A DNA stretch of 64,000 bases from Eledone cirrhosa (lineage: Eukaryota): positions 321,594,001-321,658,000 of the forward strand of contig OZ024741.1 of the NCBI GenBank assembly GCA_964016885.1, written 5' to 3'. The first letter of the stretch is position 1. Every line of letters begins with the position of its first letter. Positions 1 to 13,934 of this stretch are shown here, one piece after another. Below the pieces are notes generated by a model. It worked only from the letters and a program-made list of their open reading frames with translations, searched no databases and was not told the origin of the DNA. The position numbers and the translations under genes are program-made.

Positions 1-2430
1 GAGGAGTCAATTAAGGCCAAAAAGCAGGCTTGGAAAGTATGGCGGGATGGGGGGAAGTAGAGAAGACTATCAAGTGGCCAGGAGGGAAGCTAGGAGACAA
101 GTGTACTTCGCAAGAAGGGAAGCAGAGGAAAGAAAGTTCAAGCATGTTCTACAACGCGAGGACCAAAAACGTGAGGTGTTCAGGATTGCTAGGCAATGTG
201 TCAAGGAAAACCGTGATATTGTCGGGGAGAAGTGTGTCCTTAATGATGATGGTGTACTTGCCATCACTGACGCTGATAAGAAGGTAGCTTGGAAGTGTCA
301 CTACGAGAGGCTACTAAATGAGGAGAATAAATGGGAGAAAGACAGTCCCCCCCACATCGATCCAATAGAGGGACCAGCAGTGCTAGTTGAAGGTAGTATA
401 ATAAGTAAGGCAATCAAAGATATGAAGACAGGTAAGGCGGCTGGGCCTTCGGAAATAGTTGCTGAAATGCTGAAAGCATCTGGAACAGTGGGACACACTA
501 TGGTCACCCGGATAGTAAACCAAGTCATACAGAATGGGGTTGTTCCAAAGGACTGGTGTAGCAGCATCATCATTAACTGCTACAAGGGTAAAGGAGATGC
601 CCTAGATATGGGTAACTATAGAGGCATTAAATTAATCGACCAGGTCATGAAGGTCACAGAAAAAGTAATAGCGCAACTAATCAGAGAGCGAATTGATCTA
701 GATGAAATGCAGTTTGGGTTTGTGTCAGGCAAAAGTACCACAGACGCTCTTTTCATTGTACGACAACTACAGGAGAAGTACCTAGCTAAAAGTAAACCCC
801 TAAACTTAGCTTTTGTCGACTTGGAGAAAGCCTTTGACAGAGTCCCCCGTTCCATTATCTGGTGGGCTCTTAGAAAACTAGGTGTTGATGAATGGCTTGT
901 GAGAGCTATACAAGCCATGTATAAAGAAACAGTCAGCAAGGTTAGAATTAACAATGAATATAGTGAAGAGTTTAGCGTAAAAGTTGGTGTTCATCAGGGC
1001 TCCGTTCTTAGCCCCCTCCTATTTATTATTGCCCTTCAGGCTATAATAGTGGAGTTCAAGACCAGCTGCCCATGGGAACTCCTATACGCAAATGATCTAA
1101 CGCTCATAGCTGAATCAATGGCTGAACTAGAGAAGAAATTCCAAACATGGAAGCATGGCCTAGAATCAAAAGGCCTTAAAATTAACCTGTCTAAGACTAA
1201 AGTTCTAGTTTGTAGGAAGGAAAATAGGGCACCGGTCCGATCCGGGAAATGGCCATGCTCAGTGTGTAGGAAAGGTGTAGGCAGAAACTCCATTTTATGT
1301 CCCAAATGCAAAGTATGGGTGCATAAAAGATGTAGTGGGATCACAGGTAAGCTAACTAAGAATATAGATTTTATATGTGGCAGGTGCTCTGGTGCAATAA
1401 GTAGCAGCAAGTGCCCACAGAATACTAGCTCCTTCCATTGCACAGATGGTTCTATAGAAATAGTGGACAGCTTCCGTTACTTGGGTGACAAAATCAGCAA
1501 TGGTGGAGGGTGCTCTGAAAGTACAGTAGCTAGAGTCAGAACTGGATGGAAAAAGTTCAGAGAGCTTATACCACTATTAGCCGCTAAAGGGTTCTCTCTA
1601 AAAATGAAAGGCAGGCTGTATGATGCCTGCATACGAACAGCAATGTTACATGGCAGTGAGACCTGGGCATTGTGTGCAGAGGATATACACAGACTGGAGA
1701 GGAACGAAGCTTGCATGCTCCGCTGGATGTGTAATAGTAATATACGTGAACGGCAAAGTATAAACGAACTAAGGGAAAAATTAGAAATAAGAGGGATCAG
1801 ATGCTGTTTACTCGAGAGAAGACTACGTTGGTACGGTCACGTGATGCGCATGAAAGGCGACAGCTGTATAAAAAAGTGCAGGGCGATAAAAATAGACGGT
1901 AGCCACAGAGTAGGCAGACCCAGAAAAACCTGGGACGACTTGATAAATTCCGACCTCACACACTTACACCTCTCCAAGACAATGTCACTGGACCGAGATC
2001 TTTGGCGGTACTCAGTAATAGAGAAGACCCGCCTTACCTACGTACAAAGTGAAACCTACCACAGTCAGTAGGCACCGCTAACAAAAATACACCCCCGTCC
2101 CACTACCCCACCCCATCCACACCACCCCTATCAATGTAAAGTTATGTTGGTACCACAACATCCAGTACGAAACAAATGAGGTCGTGTAGGTGTCACGACA
2201 AAAACACACACACAGTCCACGCTGTAATGTGGCCGTGTAGGCAACACGGTAAAAACCTCCCAGTCCACACTGTAAACGTGGTTGGTGTTAGGAAGGGCAT
2301 CCAGCCGTAGAAAACCCGCCAGACAGTCCTATGCGAGCAAGGCAACCACTCTTGCCTCAAGTGGGAAAACTCCCGTCCAAACCCATGCAAGCGTGGAAGA
2401 TGGACGTTAAACAATGATGATGATGATATA
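1..2430 (+). mobile_element. RTE-clade LINE, 5' part outside the window; ORF 47-2071 (RT + PHD finger + C-terminal region); 3' UTR ends in a (GAT)n tail
   Basis: RT motifs QFGF, FVDLEKAFDRV, GVHQGSVLSPLLF and LRWYGHV...GRPRKTW. The catalytic YADD reads YAND here, so this copy is probably inactive. Tail ggacgttaaacaatgatgatgatgat at ~2402-2428. Confidence 0.95.
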
Positions 2431-2807
2431 CATACATACACACATATACATATATACAAATACACATATACATGCATATATATATACACATATACATATA
2501 TATACATGCATATATATATATGCATATACAATATGTATCGGATTCCTTTCCCTTTGGGCACATAATTTACAGGGAATAACGCGACTCTATGGCTCCGTTA
2601 ATTTATCTTCATATATATATATATATATATACATATATATACATACACACATATATGCATACACACACATATATACATACACACACATATGTATACACAC
2701 ACATATGCATACACACATATATATATACATACACACATATATACATACACACACACATATATATAGATATACATACATATACATATATATAGATTCATAC
2801 ATGCATT

Positions 2808-2870
<63 letters not shown>
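2430..2870. repeat. Compound (TA)n/(CA)n microsatellite; many similar tracts occur throughout the window
   Basis: Directly visible; this is the source of the spurious YIYI/HTHT ORFs. Confidence 0.95.
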
Positions 2871-2875
<5 letters not shown>

Positions 2876-3044
2876 ACTTGACGAGGAGCATTCTAGTTGT
2901 TCAATAAACTGATTGAATAATACAAACGATGTTTTAATATCCAGATTCATTATTTGTGTATATATAATATATGCCTGTATAGGTAATCAAAGTGCGTATA
3001 CATTTTGAGAGACACCTGGTAAAATTTTGAAAGATCAGTATATA

Positions 3045-4300
3045 CTCATTAACTGCTACAAGGAATAAGGTGATACTCTAGAAAGGAGCAACATTAGAGG
3101 AAAATAATAGATGAACTTATAAAAGTGACAAAGAGTTCTAGCACAATTAGTGAGGTCAAATTAACTGAGATGCAGTTCAGTTTTGTCCCAGAGAGAAGTA
3201 CTACAAATGCCATTTTCTTAGTGAAACAACTACAAGAGAAATTCTTAGCTAAAAATAAGCCTCTATAACTATAGCAGGCCATTGTCATTTGGGGGTCCTA
3301 AAGAAATCTAGGTGTAGAAGTGTGGCTCATGAGATAGTACAGAGCAGCTGTCAGTAAAGTGAGAGTAGGAGATGAGTTTAGTTAGAAATTCAATGAGCTG
3401 GTAGCAGTGCATCACCAGGGTTTTGTCCTCAGCCCACTTCTGTTACAGTTATCCAGGTAATAAGAGGAGTTTACGACTGGCTGTCCATTGGAATGTCTTT
3501 ATGCTGATGATCTGGTTCTTATAGCTGAATACCTGGAAGAACTACAGAATAAGTTCTGACTGTCAAAACATTTTACAATGAGAGGTGGTGAGTGGAAACT
3601 AATGTTTTAGTAAGGAAGAATACAACCGTGGTGCAGTGACCCTATTCGGTATGTAGAAAAGATGTAGGCAGTAACTTTATACATTGTACACAATGCAAAT
3701 CTTGGGCACTCAAGAGGTGTAGTGGGAGAACAGGCAAACTAACAAGGCAGGAAGACTTTATGTAATAGATATACAGGGGTGATAGTAAGAGGGTCAGATA
3801 TATAAACCTTATCCAATCCAAGGAAGGATCCATAGATGTAGCTGATCGCTTCTGCTACTCTATTTAGCAGTGGATGAGGGTGCTCAGAGAGCATAGTTGC
3901 TAGGATGACTCAACAAAAGGCTTGCTGTATGACACCTGTGTGTGAAGTGTGATGTATGGTAACAAAACATTGACAGTGAAGGCTGGAGAGAATGAAGCAA
4001 GCATGATTCGATAGATGTGCAATGTTTATGTGAAAAAACCGCAGACCTTGGATAAACAGAGAGAGAAACTGGGTTTAAGAGGAATTAGATGTAGTGTGCA
4101 AGAGAGAAGACTGCTGGTATGAAGAAGTGCCAAGGAAGATACATTAGAGGTTGAGTAAACAAGACCTAATGTGGGGATCTGATCTCAAATTACTACAATC
4201 ATAAAGGAGACAACGAAGGAAAGCAAAGAGCAGAGATTTGGTGTGCTGAAAAAGGACACATTCAGCCCCTGCAAACATGGAAAAGTGAACATAGAATGAT
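3045..4300 (+). mobile_element. Old degenerate RTE LINE copy
   Basis: Colinear decayed similarity to 570-2420 (ttaactgctacaagg, gagatgcagttcag, ctttatgctgatgatctg) with a related 3' end. Confidence 0.8.
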
Positions 4301-4316
4301 TATATATATCAATGTT

Positions 4317-4351
<35 letters not shown>

Positions 4352-4849
4352 AATACAAACACCAAAATCTGAGGAGGGCTTGATAAGGATTGTATATATA
4401 TAAACCTGTAGAGCAAATATTTATTATTTGTACAGATTAAAGTTTAAGCAAAGAATTTCTGCTTTCACACTAAACGAGATCTTCTGATACTGAGAAAAAT
4501 TAATCAGTAGACGCATGTAAATATTTCAAAAATGTTAGACCAAATATTGCCTTTAGAAAACAGGAAGACATAACAGCAGTACATTATCTTGAGATGGCCA
4601 AAATGTATGCAAGGATAATTATGTCAAATTCTTGCTGTGGAAAAACATTTTTTTACCATGAAAAAATCAGGAGACTAATATTCTGTTTAGAAAAACCATA
4701 TGATTTCCAGCTACCATATATGGAAAATGATGTTAATAAAAGTAAAATGATTAAACAAAAAAACTGAAGGTATTAATACTAGTAAAAGTAATAATAATAA
4801 TGAGAACATTAATAGTAATCTTTTTAGATTAAGAAGATATATATCCTTT

Positions 4850-5560
4850 GGTAATGGGGACAGTCCTCAAGCACACCAGTAGGTCCTATCAGAAGCAATA
4901 CTCTCCAATTGATCAAGTTGGATCCATAACCATCATGCTCATGGTCTATCTCTGGGTCTCCTGCCAGTTGGTTTTGTCTGTAAAATCTATCCAGCCATTC
5001 TTTCATTAGACATTCTGACCACATGTCCATAGTATCGGAGCTGTGATCTCTCAATTTGAAGAAGCAGTAGCTCTACCTGGAGCAGCACCTCCATCTCTAA
5101 GTTACACACTCTATAGCAGCATTTCTCAACCTTTTTACCCTTGTGGAACCCTTGAAATAAAAATTATTATATACCATTATTAATATCTATCTCTTAAGAG
5201 GTTGAAGCCTTTCTTAAAATAAACAAGGATTTTCCGACAATATGCCATAAATGTATAGTAAAATTACGAATATAAAATTAAACCAAAATTACTTTCTAAA
5301 ATACATTAGTTTATTTATCACTGGTTCTCGCGGAACCCCTAGCGACCTCTTGCGGAATCCTAGGGTTCCGGGGAACATCGGTTGAGAAACGCTGCTCTAT
5401 AGAGTAACATTACTCCAATGCCCCTATGGAGGAACCACATTTCGGCCACTTGTATTTGAGATCATATTTTTTTATCATTACCCAAGATTCATAACCGTAA
5501 GTAATGGTTGGTATGAACACCAAATTTAAGATAGCAAGTTTGGCTTTTACACCTACTTCC
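4850..5560 (-). mobile_element. Degenerate 3' fragment of an RTE-type LINE, interrupted by a MITE
   Basis: Minus-strand translation near 4950-5040 gives YYGHVVRMSNERMAR...GRRPRDRP-like residues. Confidence 0.6.
5117..5394. mobile_element. hAT (Charlie-like) MITE, 278 bp
   Basis: TIRs cagcatttctcaacc / ggttgagaaacgctg; perfect 8-bp TSD ctctatag at 5109-5116 and 5395-5402. Confidence 0.9.
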
Positions 5561-6559
5561 CATCCTGTTGGCTGAGCTATTCTGCTAGAGAAATGATCTT
5601 AGGTGGTAGATAGCTGTACAGCTACCAGATAACGAGATATGATGGTTTGTTGTGATATAAGTAGGCTCCTGCTGGATTAATAAGCAACACTCGAGGAGAT
5701 GGAACAATGAGTGACACTGTTAGCTCTCAAGAAAACTCTCACAACCCAGCACTGTAGCTATGACAAGGTAAGTAAAGGCTGCCTCTAAAAAAGCCTAATC
5801 TTCATGGGTCTAAGAAATTAACCAAATTAGTGACTGGTGCAAATGAGATCGTCAAAACATTGCAATGTGGTCAGAAACAGAAAGGCAGCCATACCACATC
5901 ATCCTTCGTACGGGGTAACAAGTTAAGTAGAGGGTCCTGGTCGAAAATATATTTCAGTCTCTGTCTCAAACTGTAAAAACTAGCGATGGGCCTGTGACTT
6001 GTCCTGGGAGGTGTGGGATGGATGCACAAAAGTCATGTATCCCAAGACCCTAAAGAGGGTCCAGAAGTGAGCAGATTTTAACAATTAGCAACTGGAACGT
6101 TACAACCCTTACAGGTAAAGAGCAGTCGACTAGTGGAGGAGACCATATGGTTTCGGCTAGATATAGTTCGGGTTTCTTCAACAAAGTTCTGTGGCTCTGA
6201 TACTGTAGATTTGGATGGAGGATGGGAACTCCACTATTTATGTGTGGTGACAGAAATGACTGCATAGCTGGGAGTGGGGCTACTCACAATTTCGCCAGCT
6301 ATCGGAGTGTGTTATGAACAAGATCTCGTTGGGAAGTAAAATTTGCCTCCTTAAGGAGATGATCTAATAATTATTTAAGTCAACAAAGATTATAAATTGT
6401 TCACTGTTCATCATCCTTACCTTCTCTATAACCTGCTGCATGCAATATATCCTTTTACAGTCCTGGAGCCACACTGGGATTCAGGATAAACATGATCTAC
6501 CAAGTGAGTTATTATTATGTAGAGAATAACTTGAGCAAGGATTTTGCCCACCACAGAAA

Positions 6560-7140
6560 GCCATGATATACTCGATGGTTGTCACACAATTCTTTTTTCT
6601 CGTTTCGTTAAAAAGGCTAGGTAATAAATGAGTCTTTAAATTCCTGAGGAACCTCACCATTCTTCTAAATCAAAATGAACAAATCCATAAACTTATCTAC
6701 ATTATCACCATATTTGTACACCTCAGCTGGTATTGCATCATCACCAGAGGATTTACATGACACCATTTGTTTTATATATTGGGTCAATGTCCATTTCTGA
6801 GATTCCTGACCTTAAAAGAACTGAGTTAATGATATCATGATCCACAATAGATTTAAAACTGTTTCGATGTGTCCTTTTTTTTACATATCGAACAGGATCA
6901 CTTCCCTGATGGGATCACTTTTATTTGTTAACGTTGATACATCTGATGCTAAATCCAGTAAGGACTCGCATAGTTGATGGCCATAAACTTCTTTTATGCC
7001 TCCACAGAAGGCTTTTATATCTTTTCTATCAGTAGTAGTTTGAAGCTCAGCTGCTTTTGAAGACCACCACTTATCTTTCATTTTTCTTCAGATCCGTTGA
7101 ACAGTTTGTTTACAGCTGAAGAATTTTTGTTGGCAATCCA
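6560..7140 (-). mobile_element. Degenerate RTE-BovB-like LINE fragment
   Basis: MKDKWWSSKAAELQ...DRKDIKAF...IKEVYG followed by a GDDAIPAEVYK-like stretch, typical of the EN-RT linker. Confidence 0.6.
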
Positions 7141-7529
7141 TGATTCATGAGAGGAGTGCACACACATACACACATATGTCTATATGTGAAAAGTAAATGG
7201 AAAGCAGCACAGCAAAACAATACAGTTCAATTAAAACATATATTAGCTGAACGCTTAATATAGCAGGAAATGAGTCTTAACAATTTGTACATTAGCCTCT
7301 CAGGATAAGATAGAATGAGAAATAAAAAAAGAAATAGAATGATCGAGGAGAGTGAAAAAAGGAAGAAACAGAAAATAATTTTGGGGGCAGGGACAAAAAA
7401 GCATGGGTGTGTTCAGTGAGCCATTATATAAATATATATATATGTGTGTATGAGTCCCGGCCCATGTTCAATTGGGGTAACCACAGTAAGTAACCACTCA
7501 ATACATTAGTAACGTATATACAAAATTTA

Positions 7530-7650
7530 ATATATAAATGTCTTCTGCAGGACTAGAACTGTTTCATTCATAAGAAATTATCAGGAAAGCTTTCCTGGTG
7601 ATTTCTTACAAATGAAACAGTTCTAGTCCTGTAGAAGCCATTTATATATA
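7530..7650. repeat. ~120-bp imperfect palindrome centred on aggaaagctttcct, with decayed hammerhead-like cores on both strands
   Basis: ggactagaactgtttcatt...aatgaaacagttctagtcc; CTGGTGA..GAAAC on + and CTGATAA..GAAAC on -; flanked by (TA)n. Confidence 0.75.
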
Positions 7651-7651
7651 A

Positions 7652-7682
<31 letters not shown>

Positions 7683-7699
7683 AGTCTAAAGTCTGTCTT

Positions 7700-7963
7700 A
7701 AGCCAGAAGGCTCATTTGGCCGGTGCTTATCCCGGTTTCATGGTGTGAAGCGACTGAGAGTACAAGACTTTCCCCTGGACAGGATGCCAGTCCATCGCAG
7801 GATTAAACCTCCAGCTATATTGCTGGTATTCATTTTTAGCTGAGTATACTGGAGCAACATGAAATGAAGAGTTTTGCTCAAGAACACAACACGCAACACA
7901 GGAATCGAACCCGTGGCATTATGATCGTCAGCCCAACACATTTACCAATAGGCCACGTGCCTC
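7700..7963 (-). mobile_element. tRNA-derived SINE
   Basis: Minus strand shows A box tggcctattggtaaa and B box ggttcgattcc, then a body with cttgagcaaaact...gctccagt and cctgcgatggactggcatcc. Confidence 0.75.
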
Positions 7964-8218
7964 TACATATATATATATACAGGTATCAATATCGTTTCTT
8001 AAAAAAATAGTGACTGTTTCGACCTTCATGTATATTTTCCTGAATATTATTTGGTTTATATGTGTACAAAATACTGTGTTTCTCAAACAATATATGATAC
8101 TTTCTCTCTACATCATCATCGTTTAATGTCTATTTTTCGAAGCTGGCATGGGTTAGACAAGTTATCCTGTTGTGAGCAATGCCAGGTATATATATATATA
8201 TAAATATATATATATATA

Positions 8219-11088
8219 TCATCATCATCATCATCATCATCATCGTTTAACATCTATCTTCCACGCCAGCATGGGTTTAGACGGGAATTGTCTCACTTGA
8301 GGCAAGATTGGTCGTCTCGCTCGTATGGGACTGTCTGGCAGGTTTTCTACGGCTGGATGCCCTTCCTAACACCAACCATGTTTACAGTGTGGACTGGGAG
8401 GTCTTTACCGTGTTACCTACATGGCCACATTACAGCGTGGACTGTGTGTTTTTTTGTCGTGACACCTACACGACCTTATTTATTTAGGACTGGATGTTGT
8501 GGTACCAACATAACTTTACAGAGAAACGGGTGGTGTTGGTGGAGGTGGGGTAGTGGGATGGGGGTTTATATTTGATTAAGAGATGCCTACTGACTCTAGG
8601 TTTCGCTTTATACATAGGCAAGGCGGGTTTTCTGTATTACTGCATAGCGCCAAAGATCTCGGTCCAGTGACATTGTCTTAGAGAGATGTAAGTGTGTAAG
8701 GTCGGGATTTATCAAAACGTCCCAGGTTTTTCTGGGTCTGCCTACTCCGTAACTTCCGTCAATTTTGATCGCCCTGCACTTTTTTATACAGCTGTTGTCT
8801 TTCATGCGCATCACGTGACCATACCAACGTAGTCGTCTCTCGAGTAAACAGCATCTGATCCCTCTTATACCTAATTTCTCACTTAGTTCATTTATGCTTT
8901 GCTGTTCATGTATATTACTATTACACATCCAGCGGAGCATGCATGCTTCGTTCCTTTCCAGTCTGCACAGATCCTCTGCACACAATGCCCATGTCTCACG
9001 TCTCACTGCCATGTAACAAAGCTGTTCGTATGCAGGCATCATGCAGTCTGCCTTTCATTTTTAGGGAGAAACCTTTAGTGGCCAATAGTGGTATAAGCTC
9101 TCTGAACTTTTTCCATCCCGTTCTGATTCTGGCTACTCTACTTTCGGAGCACCCTCCACCACTGCTGATTTGTCACCCAGGCAACGGAAGGTGTCCACTA
9201 TTTCTATAGAGCCATCTGGGCAATAGAAGGAGCTAGTTTCCTGTGGGCACTTGCTACTTATCGCACCTGAGCACCGGACAACATATAAAATCTATGTTCT
9301 TAGATAGCTTACCTGTGATCCCACTACATCTTTTATGCACCCATACTTTGCATTTGGGACATAAAATGGAATTTCTGCCTACTCCTTTCCTACACACTGA
9401 ACATGGCCATTTCCCAGAGGGGACCTGTGCCCTATTTTCCTTCCTACATACTAGAACTTTAGTCTTAGACAAGTTAACTTTAAGGCCTTTTGATTCTAGG
9501 CTTTGCTTCCATGTTTGGAATTTCTTCTCTAGTTCAGCCATCGATTCAGCTATGAGTGTTAGATCATCTGCATATAGAAGTTCCCATGGGCAGCCGGTCT
9601 TGAACTCCTCTGTTATAGCCTGAAGGGCAATAATAAATAGGAGGGGCTAAGGACAGAGTCCTGATGAATACCAACTTTTACGCTAAATTCTTCACTATAT
9701 TCGTTGTTAATTCTAACCTTGCTGACTGTTTCTTTATACATGGCTTGTATAGCTCTCACAAGCCATTCATCAACTCCTAGTTTTCTAAGGCCCACTAGAT
9801 AATGGCGCGGGAGACTCTGTCAAATGCTTTCTCCAAGTCAACAAAAGCTAAGTATAGGACTTTACTTTTAGCTAGGTACTTCTCCTGTTGTTGTCGTACA
9901 ATGAAAAGAGCGTCTGTGGTACTTTTACCTGACACAAACCCAAACTGCATTTCATCTAGATCAATTTGCTCTCTGATTAGTTGCGTTATAACTTTTTCTG
10001 TGACCTTCATGACCTGGTCAATTAATTTAATGCCTCTATAGTTTCCTCTATCTAGTGCATCTTTACCCTTGTAGCAGTTAATTATGATGCTGCTACATCA
10101 GTCGTTTGGTATGACCCCGTTCTGTATGACTTGGTTTACTATCCGGGTGACCATAGTGTGTCCCACCATTCCAGATGCTTTCAGCATTTCAGCAACTATC
10201 TCCGAAGGCCCAGCTGCCTTGCCTGTCTTCATATCTTTGATTGCCTTACTTATACTTATTGCACTGCTTGTCCTTCTATTGGATCGATGTGGGGAAGACT
10301 ATCTTTATCCCATTTATTCTCCTCATTTAGTAGCCTCTCGTAGTGACACTTCCAAGCTACCGTCTTATCAGCATCAGTGATGGCAAATACACCATCATCA
10401 TTATGGACACACTTCTCCCCGACAATATCACGGTTTTCCTTGGCACATTGCCTAGCAATCCTGAACACCTCACATTTTTGGTCCTCGCGTTGTAGAACAT
10501 GCTTGAACTTTCTTTCCTCTGCTTCCCTTCTTGCAAAGTACACTTGTCTCCTAGCTTCCCTCCTGGCCACTTGATAGTGTTTTCTACTTCTCCCATCCCA
10601 CCATACTTTCCAAGCCTGCTTTTTGGCCTTGATTGACTCCTCCACCTTACTGTTCCACCACTAAGTTACTCTCTTTCTGCCTATAGGTCTGCTCCAGTCA
10701 CAGATTTCATCTGTCGCCTTCAGCAGGTTAACTTTCAGGAAATCCCACTGTTCCTCTATTTTGTACGACTCTAATTGCTCTTCCTTACTATCAAAAGCAT
10801 CAAGTAATATGCTTTTAAATTTATTACTGGCTGTGGGGTCCTTTAACTTCCATATTCTTCTCCTTAGGGTAGTCCTCCTCTGTTGTCGAGTACGTCTCGT
10901 CCTGATTACGAGGTCGCTAACTATGAGGCTATGTTGGGAGGTGCATTCTTCATGGGGGAGGGATTTAGTGTTTACAACAGACACTCTGTCACGTCTTCTG
11001 GGAAGGATATGATCTATCTGGCTAGCGTGTCCCTCTGATCTATAGGTGATCAAGTGATTGTCTTGTTTTTTTGAAGTTTGTGTTACAG

Positions 11089-11121
<33 letters not shown>

Positions 11122-12562
11122 GTTTAACGTCCGTATTCCACGCTTGCAGGAGTTTTCCCACTTGAGGCAAGAGTGGTTGTCTTGCTCGCATAGGACTGTC
11201 TGGCAGGTTTTCTACAGCTGGATGCCCTTCCTAACACCAACCACATTTACAGTGTGGGACTGGGACGTTTTTACCGTGTTGCCTACACGGTCACATTACA
11301 GCGTGGACTGTGTGTTTTTTTTTTCGTGACACCTACACGATCTCATTTGTTTCGGCCTGGATTTTGTGGCACCAACATAACTTTACATTGAAAGGGGCGG
11401 TGTGGATGGGGTGGGGGTGGTGGGACGGGGGTGTATTTTGTTAGAGATGCCTACTGACTGTAGTAGGTTTTACTTTGTATTTAGGTAACGCGGGTCTTCT
11501 CTGTTACTGAGTACCGCCAAAGGTCTCGGTCCAGTGACATTGTCTTGGAGAGGTGTAAGTGTGTGAGGTCGGAATTTATCAGCTCGTCCCAGGTTTTTCT
11601 GGGTCTGCCTACTCCGTGGCTACCATCTATCTTTATTGCCCTGCACTTTGTTATACAGCTGTCGTCTTTCATGCGCATCATGTGACCATACCAACGTAGC
11701 CTTCTCTCGAGTAAACAACATCTGATCCCTCTTATTTCTAATTTTTTCCTTAGTTCGTTTATGCTTTGCCGTTCGCGTATATTACTATTACACATCCAGC
11801 GGAGCATGCAAGCTTCGTTCCTCTCTAGTCTGCGTATATCCTCTGCACACAATGCCCAGGTCTCACTGCCATGCAACATTGCTGTTCGTATGCAGGCATC
11901 ATACAGCCTGCTTTTCATTTTTAGGGAGAACCCTTTAGCGGCTAATAGAGGTATAAGCTGTCTGAACTTTTTCCATCCAGTTCTGACTCTAGCTACTGTA
12001 CTTTCAGAGCACCCTCCCCCACTGCTGATTTTGTCACCCAGGTAACGGAAGCTGTCCACTATTTCTATAGAACCCTCTGTGCAATTGAAAGAGCTGGATA
12101 GTTAGGTTATTTGCGTCACAGGATTCTGGAGCCTTCCTCATTTCTAGTACCAAACCCATAGCCTCCATGGATTCCGTCGTAGCCGTCACAATGTTGTCCA
12201 ACATGGCCAATTATGTAGTCACTGTCGGTTATTTGGGAGGTAGTGAGCATTAGCGACTCATAGAATCTGTCTTTTATAACGCCAGGCAGTCCGGATTGGG
12301 GTGCATACGTGGATATTATTGTCACAGTAGTTCTATTTAGGACAAGTCTTATTTTAATTATTCTGTCGTTCACTCTATTTACGTCTATTATCTTATCTAC
12401 CCATTTTTCTGCTAACATGATTCCTACTCCACCCAGCCCATTGTCATTTCCCACCCAGAAAAGTTTATAGCATCGTTTTTTACCCACAATGAATCTAGCA
12501 TACCCACCCCTCCACCTGGTCTCTTGAACACAGCAAACATCAACTTTCTTACGTTCAAGCAT
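8219..12562 (-). mobile_element. Long frameshifted RTE LINE (APE endonuclease + RT + PHD), split by a younger copy at 11091-12096
   Basis: ORF pieces 12116-12562 (VQETRW, YAPQ), 10661-11053 (SQIDHIL), 10256-10645, 9795-10010, 9254-9541 and 8608-9042; (ATC)n tail at ~8219-8244. Confidence 0.92.
11091..12096 (-). mobile_element. 5'-truncated RTE copy nested in the older element
   Basis: ORF 11481-12059, 3' UTR and (ATC)n tail. The flanks rejoin as ...NLTI|CNTNFKK..., with gat present at both junctions. Confidence 0.9.
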
Positions 12563-12576
12563 ATATATATATATAT

Positions 12577-13934
12577 CATCATCATCATCATCGTTTAACG
12601 TCCATGTTCCATGCTTGCATGGGTTTGGACGGGAGTTTTCCCACTTGAGGCAAGAGTGGTTGTCTTGCTCGCATAGGACTGTCTGGCGGGTTTTCTACAG
12701 TTGGATGCCCTTCCTAACACCAACCACATTTACAGTGTGGGGCTGGGAGGTTTTTACCGTGTTGCCTACACGGCCACATGACAGCGTGGACTGTCTGGCA
12801 GGTTTTCTACAGCTGGATGCCCTTCCTAACACCAACCACATTTACAGTGTGGGACTGGGACGTTTTTACCGTGTTGCCTACACGGTCACATTACAGCGTG
12901 GACTGTGTGTTTTTTTTTCGTGACACCTACACGATCTCATTTGTTTCGGCCTGGATTTTGTGGCACCAACATAACTTTACATTGAAAGGGGTGGTGTGGA
13001 TGAGGTGGGGGTGGTGGGACGGGGGTGTATTTTGTTAGAGATGCCTACTGACTGTAGTAGGTTTTACTTTGTATTTAGGTAACGCGGGTCTTCTCTGTTA
13101 CTGAGTACCGCCAAAGGTCTCGGTCCAGTGACATTGTCTTGGAGAGGTGTAAGTGTGTAAGTGTCGGAATTTATCAGCTCGTCCCAGGTTTTTCTGGGTC
13201 TGCCTACTCCGTGGCTACCATCTATCTTTATTGCCCTGCACTTTGTTATACAGCTGTCGTCTTTCATGCGCATCACATGACCATACCAACGTAGCCTTCT
13301 CTCGAGTAAACAACATCTGATCCCTCTTATTTCTAATTTTTTCCTTAGTTTGTTTATGCTTTGCCGTTCGTGTATATTACTATTACACATCCAGCGGAGC
13401 ATGCAAGCTTCGTTCCTCTCTAGTCTGCATATATCCTCTGCACACAATGCCCAGGTCTCACTGCCATGCAACATTGCTGTTCGTATGCAGGCATCATACA
13501 ACCTGCCTTTCACTTTTAGGGAGAACCCTTTAGCAGCTAATAGTGGTATAAGCTCTCTGAACTTTTTCCATCCAGTTCTGACTCTAGTTACTGTACTTTC
13601 GGAGCACCCTCCCCCACTGCTGATTTTGTCACCCAGGTAACGGAAGCTGTCCACTATTTCTATAGAACCCTCTGCGCAGTTGAAAGAGCTAGTATTTTGT
13701 GGGCACTTGCTGCTACTTATTGCACCAGAGCACCGGCCACATGTAAAATCTGTGTTCTTAGTTAGCTTACCTGTGATCCCACTACATCTTTTATGCACCC
13801 ATACTTTGCATTTGGGACATAAAATGGAGTTTCTACCTACGCCTTTCCTACACACTGAACATGGCCATTTCCCGGAAGGGACCGGCGCCTTATTTTCTTT
13901 CCTACAAACTAGAACTTTAGTCTTAGCCATGTTA
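12577..13934 (-). mobile_element. 5'-truncated RTE copy with a ~111-bp tandem duplication in its 3' UTR
   Basis: ORF 13064-13975 contains the PHD and C-terminal region; 12677-12787 is repeated immediately downstream. Confidence 0.9.

Noticed and set aside
2193-2891. Many ORFs rich in YIYI/HTHT/CVCV, here and at 25.5-26.6, 35.9-37.3 and 51-61 kb
   Set aside because: Translations of (TA)n/(CA)n microsatellites, not genes.
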